Shown in pieces: positions 21,685 to 33,394 of a DNA stretch of 64,000 nt. The DNA is from an uncultured Methylobacter sp. Its GTDB lineage: Bacteria; Pseudomonadota; Gammaproteobacteria; Methylococcales; Methylomonadaceae. Made by a program: the position numbers and the translations under genes. Under the pieces are notes generated by a model. It made no database searches. It was given only the letters and a program-made list of their open reading frames with translations, and was not told the origin of the DNA. Numbering within the stretch: position 1 is the first letter of the stretch; every line of letters begins with the position of its first letter. Where the stretch lies: NCBI GenBank assembly GCA_903832775.1, contig CAILCX010000100.1, positions 41,937 through 105,936 of the forward strand. Direction: 5' to 3'.

Positions 21685-21879
21685 GTGTATATACTCTCGT
21701 GGTGAATTCATGGAATCAAACTAAATAGTTGGCGGAACTTTATCGACAGTTAAGTCCTAATGCAACAAGGGAATAGAAAAATTTAGATTAGTGTCATGAT
21801 CATTAGCATATTGGAGCATGTAATAGATGGCTTACAAAGTTCGGAGCATTAAATACAGTTGTAATAGCCATGTATCAGA

Positions 21880-23391
21880 TTAACTTTTATCCACTTTAAA
21901 GAACGACATAACTTCTTGTAATTGCATGGCTTGCCCACTCAGTTCTTCAGCTGTGGCGGCAAGTTCTTCTGATCCTGCAGCATTTTGTTGCGCCGCTTTA
22001 TCTAATTGATTGATCGCGTCACTGATTTGGCCGATTCCTTGCGCTTGTTGCTCTGAAGATGCAGTGATTTGCTCCACCAAAGCAGCAGTTTTTTTAATAT
22101 TGGGTACTACTTTTTCTAGCAGGACACCTGCATTCTCGGCTATCCTGACGCTTTTTTTGGCTAAACTGTTAATCTCTTGTGCGGCTACCCGACTATTTTC
22201 AGCCAATTTTCTAACTTCTGCCGCGACTACACTAAAGCCTCTTCCATGTTCTCCGGCGCTCGCCGCTTCAATGGCTGCATTAAGTGACAGCAGATTGGTT
22301 TTGTAGGCAATATCTTCTATTAAACTAACTTTATCGGCGATTTCCTGCATTGCTTCTAACGTCCGTTTTACCGCATTACCGCCATTTTCAGCTTCCTCCG
22401 CTGACGTTGTAGCGATTTTATTGGTTACTTTGGCGTTTTCAGCGTTGTTTTTAACCGATGCGCTTAATTCTTCAATGGATGCTGTGGTTTCCTCTACACC
22501 AGAAGCCTGTTCAGTAGCGCTCTGGCTGATAGACTGAGCGGTTGCACTGATTTCCTGGGAGGCGCTGCCCAACGCGTCTGAATTTGCGCGAACTTCATGA
22601 ACGACAAGGCTCAATTGATCGCGCATATTTTTTAGTTTATACAGTAAACTGCTTTGATCACCATGTCGCACCACAATTTCTAGGTTAAGATCGCCATTAG
22701 ACATTTTAGAAACCGCCTCAGCTGCATAAGCAGGTTCGCCACCCAGTTGTTGCATCAAGGTGCGAATAATCAAATAGGCAGAAATGATACCAATGAGCAG
22801 AGCAATCGCAGAAATAATTAAAATAATAGTCATTGAGTTACTGACTAAACTATCAGCATTTTTCCCTGACTGTTTCATCAACTTGACTTGAAATTCGGTG
22901 AGCTTATCAATAGCATTCATATATGCGGTTTGCATGCCTCGGACTTCGCTTAATAAATAGTCAGTGGCTTCTGCTTGTTTATGCTCTTTTGCAAGTGCGA
23001 TAAATTTGTCTTGAGCTGCAATATAGGTCATGCGTGCATCGATTAGCTGTTTTAATAAGGCTTTACCTTCAGGACTGCGAATATTTTTTTCTAGCAGATC
23101 CAGGTTTTCTTTGATGTTTTTACGGGCCTCTTCGATGCGCTTCAACTCTTGAGCGACTTTATCTGCATCCTTGACAAGAATGGCATTGCGCATAGCGCGA
23201 GCGATGACGTTAACATTAGCGGCAATATTATTGCTCCATGCCGTTTTTGGAAATTTATCATTAATAATATCGTCGAGATTCGCTTTAAGATTATTCATGC
23301 TATAGATGCTGAGACCAGCAACAATAGTTAACAATATCAGCACGAAACTGAATCCCAATATCAAACTTGTTTTAACTTTAATTGCACTCAT
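21880..23391 (-). CDS. Methyl-accepting chemotaxis protein with periplasmic four-helix-bundle sensor
   Basis: Two TM helices around a helical periplasmic domain; [38 protein letters not shown]. Confidence 0.93.
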   Translation of the reverse strand: MSAIKVKTSLILGFSFVLILLTIVAGLSIYSMNNLKANLDDIINDKFPKTAWSNNIAANVNVIARAMRNAILVKDADKVAQELKRIEEARKNIKENLDLLEKNIRSPEGKALLKQLIDARMTYIAAQDKFIALAKEHKQAEATDYLLSEVRGMQTAYMNAIDKLTEFQVKLMKQSGKNADSLVSNSMTIILIISAIALLIGIISAYLIIRTLMQQLGGEPAYAAEAVSKMSNGDLNLEIVVRHGDQSSLLYKLKNMRDQLSLVVHEVRANSDALGSASQEISATAQSISQSATEQASGVEETTASIEELSASVKNNAENAKVTNKIATTSAEEAENGGNAVKRTLEAMQEIADKVSLIEDIAYKTNLLSLNAAIEAASAGEHGRGFSVVAAEVRKLAENSRVAAQEINSLAKKSVRIAENAGVLLEKVVPNIKKTAALVEQITASSEQQAQGIGQISDAINQLDKAAQQNAAGSEELAATAEELSGQAMQLQEVMSFFKVDKS

Positions 23392-23598
23392 GATTTACCT
23401 CTTTGTTCTATGTTAAATATAGATCCTATCAATAGACTTTATCATTTAATTGGAGGCTAGACTAAGTTGATCATGAATATAACCATAGACTAGTTATGTA
23501 TGGTTTTTTAGGTAAAAAATGGAAACTCGTTATTTTTTGATGGCCGAATTACTTGGAAATGAATGATGTTCGAATACAGTAAGACCATCACTAACCAC

Positions 23599-23943
23599 TT
23601 AAGAGGATTTAATGCACTCAAACATTAATTCATTAAAATCTTCTTCAGAGAAGTTATTTTCACATTCTAGGCCGCATTCAGACGCGGTTTGATGTTTTAT
23701 AGTTCCGTTTATTGTAAGGGGAATTCCAGATTCCGGAAGGATGAGTAATATTTTAACTCTACCGTCCATAACGGTTGATAGGGGACTATGCAATTTGATT
23801 TTAATTCCGGAGCAACTGAAATCAAGTACTTCTCCGTTAATACACAAATTACTGTGTGGGGGGTGTATAAACGTAATACTGGCGTGAATGCCCTTTAACT
23901 TATAGCGAGGAAATCGGCGTTGGTCCTGTTCCATAATCATCAA
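23599..23943 (-). CDS. PilZ-domain c-di-GMP receptor
   Basis: RRFPR (RxxxR) and DFSCSG (DxSxxG) motifs. Confidence 0.85.
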   Translation of the reverse strand: MMIMEQDQRRFPRYKLKGIHASITFIHPPHSNLCINGEVLDFSCSGIKIKLHSPLSTVMDGRVKILLILPESGIPLTINGTIKHQTASECGLECENNFSEEDFNELMFECIKSS

Positions 23944-24002
23944 ATTTACGCAGCCTGAAGAAGTTTGTCTGCATTATATCAATCGATGATTATTTCCCTA
24001 CG

Positions 24003-24614
24003 CTAATCCAACATTCCCGCATGAATAATAAAATCTTCGATCGCTTTAAGGCCTTGTTGCGTCTTTAAATTAGAAAAGACAAAGGGTCTCTCACCGCGCA
24101 TTTTTTGCGCATCCTGTTCCATTACAGCTAACGAGGCGCCGACATAAGGCGCCAGATCAATTTTGTTGATGACCAATAAATCCGAGCGGGTAATTCCAGG
24201 ACCGCCTTTGCGCGGAATTTTGTCGCCAGCAGAAACGTCAATCACATATATTGTAAGATCCGCCAATTCCGGGCTAAAGGTTGCGCTCAGATTATCCCCG
24301 CCACTTTCAACCAGAATAAAATCAAGATTACCAAAACGATGGATCAGGTCATCTACCGCAGCCAGATTCATTGAGGCATCTTCCCTAATTGCCGTATGCG
24401 GACAACCGCCAGTTTCAACCCCTATAATGCGCTCCTCAGGTAGCGCCTGACTCCTAATCAAAAACTGCTGATCTTCCTTAGTGTAAATATCATTGGTCAC
24501 GACCGCCATTTCAAACTTATCGCGCATGGTTTTACACAGCGCATCTACCAAAGCCGTTTTTCCAGAACCGACCGGGCCGCCGATACCGACTCTTAAAACT
24601 TGTTTACTAATCAT
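24003..24614 (-). CDS. ureG: Urease accessory GTPase UreG
   Basis: [31 protein letters not shown]. Confidence 0.98.
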   Translation of the reverse strand: MISKQVLRVGIGGPVGSGKTALVDALCKTMRDKFEMAVVTNDIYTKEDQQFLIRSQALPEERIIGVETGGCPHTAIREDASMNLAAVDDLIHRFGNLDFILVESGGDNLSATFSPELADLTIYVIDVSAGDKIPRKGGPGITRSDLLVINKIDLAPYVGASLAVMEQDAQKMRGERPFVFSNLKTQQGLKAIEDFIIHAGMLD

Positions 24615-24622
24615 ACAACCTC

Positions 24623-25297
24623 TTAGGAACGAAATAATCTGGAATACTGCATTTCATGGCGACTGCTGGCCAACGCCAAACCGAAGACACTGCCACCGAT
24701 ATCATGATCGGCAAGGCTTAACGCCTCATCAACTAACGCTGGAATCTTTTCGGCTAAATCAGTCAATAGCCGTTGCCCGGCAACCTGCCCTAAGGGCACC
24801 AGTTTTACCGCACATAAAACCTGATTTTCCAGCCAACTCCAGAGATAGCCTATGGCAGCGTCACGCTTTTGGACTCCCCAATTAACTGCGGCAAAAGCAA
24901 ATAAAGTGGCAAAGGTGGCTTCCGGTTTACGTATCCAGATTTGCATGTCAGCTATTGCCAAGGCATCCAGCAAGCGTGCCAGGGCTTGGCCGGTTTGTCG
25001 ATCTTCTGCCCTAAGCTCTGCGGTTTCCCGACTGGCAAGTAACGTCCTGCTCCACGCCTCAACGCTGTCAATATTTTCAGCTTCCCAGGCCTCATAAAGT
25101 CGAAGCAAAACAGGTAAATCAATACGCGTCAAACTGATCTCCATCAATCCGTCAATCCATTCCCCGACGTCAGTTGCATTGTTTATCCAGTCGTCATCAA
25201 CCGCCCGTTCCAAACCCTGCGAATAACTGTACATTCCTATCGGCAAGCCGGGACTGACCAGTTGCAGTAAACGCAATAAAGCGAGATCAGTGACCAT
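24623..25297 (-). CDS. ureF: Urease accessory protein UreF
   Basis: [21 protein letters not shown]...SRLFRS; ATG at 25297. Confidence 0.95.
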   Translation of the reverse strand: MVTDLALLRLLQLVSPGLPIGMYSYSQGLERAVDDDWINNATDVGEWIDGLMEISLTRIDLPVLLRLYEAWEAENIDSVEAWSRTLLASRETAELRAEDRQTGQALARLLDALAIADMQIWIRKPEATFATLFAFAAVNWGVQKRDAAIGYLWSWLENQVLCAVKLVPLGQVAGQRLLTDLAEKIPALVDEALSLADHDIGGSVFGLALASSRHEMQYSRLFRS

Positions 25298-25718
25298 GGC
25301 CGTGATACGCACCCTGCTCAGGTTCAAAAGGTAGTACCTCGTGCGAAACCAACAGACCCAAGCCTTCCAACATATGATCCAGTACATGATCAGTTAAAAA
25401 ACGTAGTTCACCGGGTAAAATTTGCAAGGCAATATGCCGGTTACCGAGGTGATAACAAGCTTTGGCAAATTGCAGGGTATCCGTGGTGCGAACTATAGAA
25501 AGCGATTCTGGCGCCGCCTCAATCCTAATGCAGTATTGGTCGGAACCGGTTAACAAAGAACCTTTACGTAATACTTGACCGCGCGGCATAAATAACCCGA
25601 TTTTGGTGCCGCTATCGGTTTTAAGTAACAAGCGGCTTTTCTGGCGCGATTCATACGGTAAGGTCACCACATCGTCAGGGATGGTCTCGGGTGCAGCCAA
25701 CTCAGTGAGTTTCAACAT
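25287..25718 (-). CDS. ureE: Urease nickel chaperone UreE
   Basis: [27 protein letters not shown]. Confidence 0.95.
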   Translation of the reverse strand: MLKLTELAAPETIPDDVVTLPYESRQKSRLLLKTDSGTKIGLFMPRGQVLRKGSLLTGSDQYCIRIEAAPESLSIVRTTDTLQFAKACYHLGNRHIALQILPGELRFLTDHVLDHMLEGLGLLVSHEVLPFEPEQGAYHGHGH

Positions 25719-25720
25719 GT

Positions 25721-27424
25721 TCAAAATAAAAAATAGCGTTGGGCAAAAGGCAACTCGGCTACAGGCTCGCAGGTTAACAACAGACCGTCTGCGCGCACTG
25801 AATACGTTTGCGGATCAACTTCAATATTTGGTTGATAGTGGTTGTGTATCAAATCTTTTTTTCCGATATTCCGGGTATTTTTAACCATACCAATCCGTTT
25901 TTTCAAACCTAATGTACCGGCAACATCAGCTTCGACAGCGATTTTGGGTAAAAAAAACATCGACGTATAAGACGATGTCACACCGAAAGAACCGAACATC
26001 GGCCGGTAATGAACCGGTTGCGGCGTTGGAATCGATGCATTGGGATCGCCCATGGGCGCTGCGGCAATAAATCCGCCTTTAAGAATCAAACTGGGCTTGA
26101 CCGCAAAGAAAGCCGGATTCCATAGCACCAAATCCGCCAGTTTACCCACTTCGATTGAACCCACTTCATGCGAAATTCCATGACTGATAGCCGGATTGAT
26201 GGTGTATTTGGCAATATAGCGTTTAATACGAAAATTATCGTTGCGCGATGAATCTTCCTTTAGACTGCCCCGTTGTGCTTTCATTTTATGAGCGGTCTGC
26301 CAGGTTCGGATAATTACTTCGCCAACGCGACCCATCGCCTGCGAATCGGAAGAAATCATCGAAAACGCCCCCAGATCATGCAAAATATCTTCAGCGGCGA
26401 TAGTTTCACGACGAATCCGCGATTCCGCAAAAGCCACATCTTCCGCAATACTCGGATCCAGATGATGACAAACCATCAGCATATCCAAATGCTCATCCAC
26501 GGTATTAATGGTATAAGGCCGGGTCGGATTGGTTGAGGATGGCAAAACGTTAGCCTCGCCACAGGCTTTGATAATATCGGGTGCATGACCGCCGCCCGCG
26601 CCTTCGGTGTGATAAGTATGAATGGTGCGGCCTTTAAATGCCGCAAAAGTATCTTCAACAAAACCGGATTCGTTCAGGGTGTCGGTATGAATCGCGACCT
26701 GTATATCATAACGCTCGGCTACGGAAAGACAGCAATCAATAGCTGCCGGCGTAGTTCCCCAGTCTTCATGCAATTTTAAACCCATGGCTCCTGCACAAAC
26801 CTGTTCTTCCAAAGCCACCGGCAAACTGGCATTACCTTTGCCTAGCAAACCAAAGTTCATCGGAAAGCCGTCCAACGCTTGCAGCATGGTATGTATATTC
26901 CAGGGACCCGGCGTACAGGTTGTGGCATTAGTGCCAGTTGCAGGGCCGGTGCCACCGCCGATCATGGTCGTCACCCCCGATGCCAAAGCTTCTTCTATCT
27001 GTTGCGGACAAATAAAATGGATATGCGCGTCAATTGCACCCGCCGTTAAAATCTGCCCTTCACCGGCAATAATTTCAGTGCCGGGGCCGATGACAAGATC
27101 AACACCTGGTTGCGTATCCGGATTCCCGGCTTTGCCGATGCCAGCGATTCGACCGTTTTTGATACCGACGTCGGCTTTGACAATACCCCAATGATCGATA
27201 ATCAAGGCGTTGGTAATCACCAAATCCATGCTTAAACTGCAAGAAATCTGACTTTGCCCCATGCCGTCGCGAATAACTTTACCACCGCCAAATTTGACTT
27301 CATCACCATAAATGGTGCGATCCGCTTCTACTTCAACAAACAAACCGCTGTCGCCCAAGCGTACCCGGTCGCCAGTTGTGGGCCCGAACATGTCGGCATA
27401 AGCTTGCCTGCTAATTCTGCTCAT
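25721..27424 (-). CDS. ureC: Urease alpha subunit
   Basis: [42 protein letters not shown]. Confidence 0.99.
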   Translation of the reverse strand: MSRISRQAYADMFGPTTGDRVRLGDSGLFVEVEADRTIYGDEVKFGGGKVIRDGMGQSQISCSLSMDLVITNALIIDHWGIVKADVGIKNGRIAGIGKAGNPDTQPGVDLVIGPGTEIIAGEGQILTAGAIDAHIHFICPQQIEEALASGVTTMIGGGTGPATGTNATTCTPGPWNIHTMLQALDGFPMNFGLLGKGNASLPVALEEQVCAGAMGLKLHEDWGTTPAAIDCCLSVAERYDIQVAIHTDTLNESGFVEDTFAAFKGRTIHTYHTEGAGGGHAPDIIKACGEANVLPSSTNPTRPYTINTVDEHLDMLMVCHHLDPSIAEDVAFAESRIRRETIAAEDILHDLGAFSMISSDSQAMGRVGEVIIRTWQTAHKMKAQRGSLKEDSSRNDNFRIKRYIAKYTINPAISHGISHEVGSIEVGKLADLVLWNPAFFAVKPSLILKGGFIAAAPMGDPNASIPTPQPVHYRPMFGSFGVTSSYTSMFFLPKIAVEADVAGTLGLKKRIGMVKNTRNIGKKDLIHNHYQPNIEVDPQTYSVRADGLLLTCEPVAELPFAQRYFLF

Positions 27425-27738
27425 TGCTTTTCCTCCAGCTCGCCCATCACTGCCTGACGAAATCCGTAAATTCTTTTTAAGCCGGCAAAGGCCACTAATT
27501 GCACTTCGCGTTGCTGTCCAGGTTCAAAGCGAACCGCTGTGCCCGCTGGAATATCGGGCCTAAATCCCCGGGTAACTGCACGATCAAACTGCAATGCGGG
27601 ATTGGTTTCAAAAAAATGGTAATGTGAACCCACTTGAACCGGTCGGTCGCCGCTATTTGCTACCACTACTTTAATGGTCTCGCGACCGGTATTTAGTTCC
27701 AAATCGCCGTCGGTGGTAATAATTTCTCCAGGTATCAT
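27421..27738 (-). CDS. ureB: Urease beta subunit
   Basis: [29 protein letters not shown]. Confidence 0.98.
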   Translation of the reverse strand: MIPGEIITTDGDLELNTGRETIKVVVANSGDRPVQVGSHYHFFETNPALQFDRAVTRGFRPDIPAGTAVRFEPGQQREVQLVAFAGLKRIYGFRQAVMGELEEKQ

Positions 27739-27747
27739 GGCAGTTCC

Positions 27748-28050
27748 CTATTCAATGGGATTATGAACAGTGACCAATTTGGTACCGTCAGGAAAAGTCG
27801 CTTCCACTTGTACATCCGGCAACATTTCCGCAATACCGTCCATCACATCATCACGGAACAGTAGCGTACGCCCAAACTCCATTAACTCGGCGACAGTACG
27901 TCCATCCCGGGCACCTTCCATAATTGCCGCACTGATGTAGGCTACGGCTTCGGGGTAATTAAGTTTCAAACCTCTGGCTTTACGACGCTCAGCCAGTAAA
28001 CCTGCAGTGAAAAGCAGCAGTTTATCTTTTTCTCTTGGTGTCAATTGCAT
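27748..28050 (-). CDS. ureA: Urease gamma subunit
   Basis: [12 protein letters not shown]...LNYPEAVA...[15 protein letters not shown]; ATG at 28050 gives 100 aa. Confidence 0.98.
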   Translation of the reverse strand: MQLTPREKDKLLLFTAGLLAERRKARGLKLNYPEAVAYISAAIMEGARDGRTVAELMEFGRTLLFRDDVMDGIAEMLPDVQVEATFPDGTKLVTVHNPIE

Positions 28051-28075
28051 TGAGTTAGTCCAGTCGTGGTTCCAA

Positions 28076-28909
28076 TCAGGTTGCCCAAATACGTGGCGCA
28101 CAGGCTTTAATCAAGACAGTATCGGGTCGCACCAGCGTCCAGACCTGTTCAAAAAAACTGCGTAGTCGATCGCTACGGTCATCAACCGCCCTGCACACTA
28201 GCATATCATCAATACGGGTTACACCGCGTCCAGGTGAATCAGCGATTAGGCTTTGAATCGACGCCAATGTCTCAGCAGTTGCGGGACTGGCAAAAAAAGT
28301 TCCGCAAGCCGGAAATCCCTGCAAGCCCCAACGCGCAGAAAAGGCCTTTGCATCGATTTGTAAGCGCTCTAAAAACAAAGGCCGCTTGTCACAAAATATT
28401 TGCCAACTCATATCCGCCAGACCCGATGTAAAACCTTCGCCACTGGCAGGTCGACCTAAAGACAAAATTTCCCAGCCAATAAAACGGCCGCCCGTTTCAA
28501 GCTCTACTTTAACCACTGACTTTAAGTTGGCGCCTTCATAAATAATTGTTTCTTGCGGTAGCCATTCCAAGGCAGCATCTTTGGCAATTTTTATAGATAC
28601 TGACTGCATGGCCAACTTACCGGTACTGCGATAAAACTTTCCGGCAGCAGGCGTGGTAAGTAACGCATGACTGCATTCTGCCGCATTGATTAGAATACTT
28701 AAATTATCGCCTGCGACTATGCCGCCGGGCGGATGTAAAATATACACATGACAGACGCCACCTTCAGGATAAAACGGACGCTGTACTGTTAAAGGTCCTT
28801 TATGCTGACGTTTTACCAGCAAGGTCTTATGCTGGTTTGTTGCAAAGCCGAGTTCCAACTCGGCTTGCCAACCCTTCTGAATCTCCTTATTTAATCCCGA
28901 ATGAATCAA
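28076..28909 (-). CDS. ureD: Urease accessory protein UreD
   Basis: [33 protein letters not shown]. Confidence 0.96.
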   Translation of the reverse strand: MIHSGLNKEIQKGWQAELELGFATNQHKTLLVKRQHKGPLTVQRPFYPEGGVCHVYILHPPGGIVAGDNLSILINAAECSHALLTTPAAGKFYRSTGKLAMQSVSIKIAKDAALEWLPQETIIYEGANLKSVVKVELETGGRFIGWEILSLGRPASGEGFTSGLADMSWQIFCDKRPLFLERLQIDAKAFSARWGLQGFPACGTFFASPATAETLASIQSLIADSPGRGVTRIDDMLVCRAVDDRSDRLRSFFEQVWTLVRPDTVLIKACAPRIWAT

Positions 28910-28915
28910 TCTGTG

Positions 28916-29500
28916 TTACCCAGCCAACAAAACCACAAATGCCGTGGAGCAGGTTAATCCGAGGCTAATCCGAAGGACATTTAGCGTCTTGCCGCCCTGC
29001 AAACCGGCGACAAGTCCCAAGCCTTGCAAGTGGGCAGTGGCAAATAAAAAACCTAAGACATAAGTTATTTTGTCTGCGTCGATTGTGAGTTCTGAAGCAT
29101 GGACATAGCCATGACACAAAGCAATGGTAGCCACCATGCCAAGCGCTGTAAAAATTGAAGTTCGGAGGTTAAATCCCAGAATAAGTCCGAACGCCAACAG
29201 CGACAAGAGCACTCCTTGTTCGGCAATTTGCAATGTAAAGCCGAGAGCATTTAATCCGGCGCCAGCCGCCATCATGATTAAAAAAGTTAAGGGTAAAGCC
29301 CAAATCATTTTACCCGCCAATATAAAGCCCCACAGACCGATTGCCAAAATCACTAACAAATGATCAATTCCCTGCAAAGGATGTAAAAAACCATCGGCAA
29401 AGCCCTGCGCTGAGTTTGCGCCGGTATGGGCGAATACGGGACTGGCCAGAAATGAAAGCAATAGTCCCGTTAGTAAAGTTTTTATAGTGTGCCTAGTCAT
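28916..29500 (-). CDS. ureJ: HupE/UreJ family nickel transporter
   Basis: AHTG..., GFLHPLQGIDHL, HGYVHASE, multi-TM; ATG at 29500 with GGGAG RBS. Confidence 0.9.
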   Translation of the reverse strand: MTRHTIKTLLTGLLLSFLASPVFAHTGANSAQGFADGFLHPLQGIDHLLVILAIGLWGFILAGKMIWALPLTFLIMMAAGAGLNALGFTLQIAEQGVLLSLLAFGLILGFNLRTSIFTALGMVATIALCHGYVHASELTIDADKITYVLGFLFATAHLQGLGLVAGLQGGKTLNVLRISLGLTCSTAFVVLLAG

Positions 29501-29685
29501 AGTTACTATCTCCCTATTAATATTTAGAATCGAGCAACGGCCACGACCCATTATAACGATTGCGTTCTCAAACGAGTTTTAAATTCATTTGCCGGTAGAA
29601 TGAATCTTTAGTCATGGGTTGCGAGTTACCTTAACAGGTCGTAGCACGAAAATGGATTAAGCTTTAAACAGAATCGGAACGGACC

Positions 29686-30918
29686 TTAAATCTGCCATTG
29701 AAAACCAAGGTTCATGGCATTAACGTTGGCGCCTGTTGCTCCGGTTGTGTAATTCTGGCCTTTGGTCATCAAGTCGCCGTACAGCCAGCTCAGGGAAATC
29801 TTGGCATTATGGCCGTCAATAACATAGTTGACACCCGCTTCATAAACATCGCGGGACGAACTGCTGACCGGATGTACATCAACGTAACGCACAAAAGGTT
29901 GCGCCTGACCTATCCAGATTTTTTGCGGAAATAAATACATGCCGCTGACATCGTAAGCGTTGCCTTCAAACAAGGAAAATCCTGTGTTGGCTATTCTGGA
30001 AGCCATGTTGTAACCTGAAATGCCGTAGTTTTTATATTCTCCGTTTACAGTTACTACGCCGCTATTGGGCAATACTTTTTCCACCAACAGATCAACAGTC
30101 GTGCCACGAAAGCTTGCTGGATCAGCTGCAGAACCGGCGCCACCTTGCTGATACTGATTCGACAACCCGACAGTCAAAATATCGCCGCCTTTACCGAAAT
30201 AAGTCCCCGAGGTGTAATAGCCTGGATTTTTTTCTACTTCCCAAAAATTGTAGGCGACGCGCTGTCCATACAGAATGTTGTCATTGACGTTAGCACCACC
30301 TCTTAAACCTCTAAAGAAACCAAAGGCATATTGCAAACGACCACCCATAAACGCCCCCCAAACCGTGGCGCCATCGTCACGTCCCCTGGAACCGGCAGAG
30401 GTGCCGTCACTCTTTATGGTTCCGTTATAATCTGAAGGTTCAAACGGCGTTCCTGCTGAATAAATATTGTAAACACCACTGTAGTAAGGACCGTTCATTT
30501 CCCGACGTTCTGCGGGCACCAACATTCGACCTACCCATAAATTATACATGGGGTCGATTTCAAACTTGCCAATAGCATCCAATACCCTGACTTCGCCACC
30601 ATTGCCACAGGTTGGACATTCAGTATTAAACTCAACCTTTAAATATTTATGAATTTGGCCATTCAAGTACAAACGAATACTGTCCAGATTGAAATCATTA
30701 GTCCACCTTTTATCGCTTCCGGCACCCGCGGCTGCTTCTTGCGAAGAGAAACTGGTACGTAAGCCGGCCCCAATACTAACCCATTTGGTATCATCAATTT
30801 TAAAAGTCGCTCCTGCATAAGAATCGGTCATTTGACCCGCGGCCAATCCCGACAATAATGCCGTAGCGAGCAATCGATTTTTTCTAGCGCCTGCTTGATG
30901 TTGGATATAATCTTTCAT
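29686..30918 (-). CDS. Outer-membrane porin, short-chain amide/urea porin (FmdC-like)
   Basis: Signal peptide, alternating beta-strand pattern, C-terminal FQWQI, located between urt and ure genes. FmdC likeness is from recall. Confidence 0.78.
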   Translation of the reverse strand: MKDYIQHQAGARKNRLLATALLSGLAAGQMTDSYAGATFKIDDTKWVSIGAGLRTSFSSQEAAAGAGSDKRWTNDFNLDSIRLYLNGQIHKYLKVEFNTECPTCGNGGEVRVLDAIGKFEIDPMYNLWVGRMLVPAERREMNGPYYSGVYNIYSAGTPFEPSDYNGTIKSDGTSAGSRGRDDGATVWGAFMGGRLQYAFGFFRGLRGGANVNDNILYGQRVAYNFWEVEKNPGYYTSGTYFGKGGDILTVGLSNQYQQGGAGSAADPASFRGTTVDLLVEKVLPNSGVVTVNGEYKNYGISGYNMASRIANTGFSLFEGNAYDVSGMYLFPQKIWIGQAQPFVRYVDVHPVSSSSRDVYEAGVNYVIDGHNAKISLSWLYGDLMTKGQNYTTGATGANVNAMNLGFQWQI

Positions 30919-31018
30919 CTAAAGTCCCCTTGTTCATAAGCACAAATGTGAATGCATTTGCCCGAGAGCAAAGCCGCCAAAACTGGCAATCGTATTGTTC
31001 CGTTTACAGCCTATGCTT

Positions 31019-31056
31019 ACAATCCGTCAGATGACTCATCAGTCATTTGACGTATG
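31019..31056 (-). promoter_or_regulatory. Candidate operator copy A (tandem GTCA-N2-TGAC boxes) upstream of the porin-ureJ-ureDABCEFG unit
   Basis: ACAATCCGTCAGATGACTCATCAGTCATTTGACGTATG; 36/38 identical to 38779-38816. Confidence 0.8.
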
Positions 31057-31314
31057 CCCGGTAAAGCTTAAATTGATTGGGGTGAGGATATGTTTTTTAC
31101 TTAAAAATTCGAGTATGACTTTTTTGAGGATTCAAAATAGGATTTATGAAAAAACGCTTGCCCGAATCTTATCCCATGATCGGGATGACTGAGCCAGAAG
31201 GTGAATTATTTGGAAAAGGAATTTATCGAATTTACACCAGTGCAAGAAATTACACTCGAATTTCAAGTAGGGTAAAGCTTTATGTTGGGTGATGCGAAGG
31301 AAGTTTTTAGTGTT

Positions 31315-31854
31315 CTATAAAACCGTCAAATCCTTGCTGCATTCGGTATGAATCAGATTACCGCTACGTTGCAGCATAAAATAGCCTCGAGTTAAGGCCT
31401 CTTTTTTGGCCTCGTCATTAATGTGAAATGAGGCAATTGCGCCATATTGTTTATAGTCTTTAAACCAAGGAAATAATTGTTTGAAATTGCGCATTTTCCG
31501 GTCCAATTTATCCAAATCATTGGTATGCGCTTTATATTTGACTTCTACAATGCCGACGACATTACCATTGGTCATAATAATGTCATATTCTTCTTCGGTT
31601 TTGCCGCGACGCTTATGACTGTTTTTCTCGATGTCGTCAAAGTGAATGTTACCTAAATGAGCGTCATTGGCTAAACTGTTAAAGAAAAATTCTTCGGCAA
31701 CTTCGCCTTGGTTATTGGTTACACTGCCCAAGGTAATACCGAGACGCTCCAACTTTTCATCAGTGCGCCTCATTTGTTCATCAGTACGATCTTGAGAAAC
31801 AGCGAGACTTGCCACTAACGCCTTTAATTCATCATCAGTCATTTTATGCTCCAA
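31315..31854 (-). CDS. Coiled-coil + PD-(D/E)XK-like protein (DUF3782-like)
   Basis: MTDDELKALVASLAVSQ coiled coil, then GEVAEEFF, EEYDII, IVEVKYK nuclease-like signature. Confidence 0.75.
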   Translation of the reverse strand: MEHKMTDDELKALVASLAVSQDRTDEQMRRTDEKLERLGITLGSVTNNQGEVAEEFFFNSLANDAHLGNIHFDDIEKNSHKRRGKTEEEYDIIMTNGNVVGIVEVKYKAHTNDLDKLDRKMRNFKQLFPWFKDYKQYGAIASFHINDEAKKEALTRGYFMLQRSGNLIHTECSKDLTVL

Positions 31855-31912
31855 ATCTTTTTTGACTTGGATGATTCTAACATAACACTCCGTTACATAG
31901 GCATAAACTCAA

Positions 31913-32602
31913 TTAAACAGACAAATAAGCCTTAATCTTTGCCGCATCGACTTCGCCGCGCTTATCTTCATGAATAAACTTGCCTTTATCCATCACAATA
32001 ATGCGATCGGCCACTTCCATAGTAAAACTCAACACCTGCTCAGAGACGATAATGGTAATCTCGCGCATTTTTCTGATTTCATTTAAAACCTTGGCAATAT
32101 CTTTGATGATGGAAGGCTGAATGCCTTCGGTCGGCTCATCCAGCAATAAAACTTTAGGGTTGGTAACCAGGGCGCGCGCAATGGCCAATTGTTGTTGTTG
32201 ACCTCCGGAAAGGTTACCGCCCTTGCGCTTGCGCATGTCAAACAACACCGGAAACAAGGCGTAGATATCATCAGGAATTTCCAAGGATTTGGCTTTTTCC
32301 AGTCCTGTTTCTATATTTTCCTGCACGGTCATGGTCGGAAAAATCATCCGCCCTTGCGGAACATAAGCCAAGCCGCTGGCGACACGCTGATAGGTTGCTA
32401 CGTCCTGGAGATTAACGCCATCAACCTGCGCTTTAAAGGCTTTACTGGGCAGGATGCCCATCAGCGACTTGAACAAAGTCGTTTTACCCATGCCATTTCT
32501 ACCCATAATGGCCAGGGTTTCGTTTTTTTCGGCCTTAAAACTTAGCCCGTGAATCACTTGGCTTTGGCCATAACTGACTTGTAAATCTTCAATTTCAAAC
32601 AT
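31913..32602 (-). CDS. urtE: Urea ABC transporter ATP-binding subunit UrtE
   Basis: GRNGMGKT, LSGGQQQQL, LLDEPTEGIQPSII. Confidence 0.93.
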   Translation of the reverse strand: MFEIEDLQVSYGQSQVIHGLSFKAEKNETLAIMGRNGMGKTTLFKSLMGILPSKAFKAQVDGVNLQDVATYQRVASGLAYVPQGRMIFPTMTVQENIETGLEKAKSLEIPDDIYALFPVLFDMRKRKGGNLSGGQQQQLAIARALVTNPKVLLLDEPTEGIQPSIIKDIAKVLNEIRKMREITIIVSEQVLSFTMEVADRIIVMDKGKFIHEDKRGEVDAAKIKAYLSV

Positions 32603-32650
32603 GTTCTTATTCCTGTTATGTATTGATAAGCTATTGAACGATCAGCCAGA

Positions 32651-33394
32651 CTAATGTCCCAGATAAACTTCAATGACCTTTTCATCTGCCTGAATATGCT
32701 CCATAGAACCTTCGGCAAGGATTTTACCCTGATGCAGCACCGTGACTTTGTGTGCGATTTTTTTAACGAATTCCATGTCGTGCTCAATCACCAACACCGA
32801 GCGGTTTTGACAAATTCGCTTAAGTAACTCCGCCGTTTGATCGCGCTCCTTTACACTCATACCTGCAACCGGTTCATCCAGCATCAACAATTCCGGGTCT
32901 TGCATCAACAACATGCCAATCTCCAGCCATTGTTTTTGGCCATGACTAAGCAAAGCCGCTTCCATGTGTAACTGCTCGGTCAGTAATACTTCGGCTGCAA
33001 TTTTGTTGACTTGCTCACTCACCGCTGCGGTGCGTTTAAAGGTCAAACTGCCCCACACCGATCTTCCTACCGGATAAGACAATTCAAGATTCTGATATAC
33101 GCTTAGGTTTTCGTAAATTGAAGGCGTTTGAAATTTTCTGCCGACGCCGGCTCTAACAATCTCGTGCTCAGAGAGCATGGTCAGTTCTTGATTTTTAAAT
33201 TTGATGGAGCCTGAAGATGATTTTGTTTTTCCGCAAATCAAATCAAGGACAGTGGTCTTACCTGCGCCATTCGGCCCGATTACCACACGCAGTTCATTTT
33301 TATCGATATACAAAGTTAAGGCATCAACGGCTTTAAATCCGTCAAAAGAAACGGTCAAGTCTTCAAGCGCCAGGACAAAGTCAGTATTACTCAT
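32651..33394 (-). CDS. urtD: Urea ABC transporter ATP-binding subunit UrtD
   Basis: GPNGAGKT, GVGRKFQTP, LSHGQKQWLEIGM. Confidence 0.95.
   Translation of the reverse strand: MSNTDFVLALEDLTVSFDGFKAVDALTLYIDKNELRVVIGPNGAGKTTVLDLICGKTKSSSGSIKFKNQELTMLSEHEIVRAGVGRKFQTPSIYENLSVYQNLELSYPVGRSVWGSLTFKRTAAVSEQVNKIAAEVLLTEQLHMEAALLSHGQKQWLEIGMLLMQDPELLMLDEPVAGMSVKERDQTAELLKRICQNRSVLVIEHDMEFVKKIAHKVTVLHQGKILAEGSMEHIQADEKVIEVYLGH

Noticed and set aside
30984-30998. Sigma54-like TGGCAATCGTATTGT within the duplicated promoter
   Set aside because: It has GT instead of GC at -12, faces away from the porin gene, and the equivalent position in copy B does not fit.
31146-31292. 48-codon plus-strand ORF with an AGGA RBS between the porin promoter and the nuclease-like gene
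   Set aside because: No recognisable similarity and it runs into a repeat half-site. It cannot be distinguished from chance.
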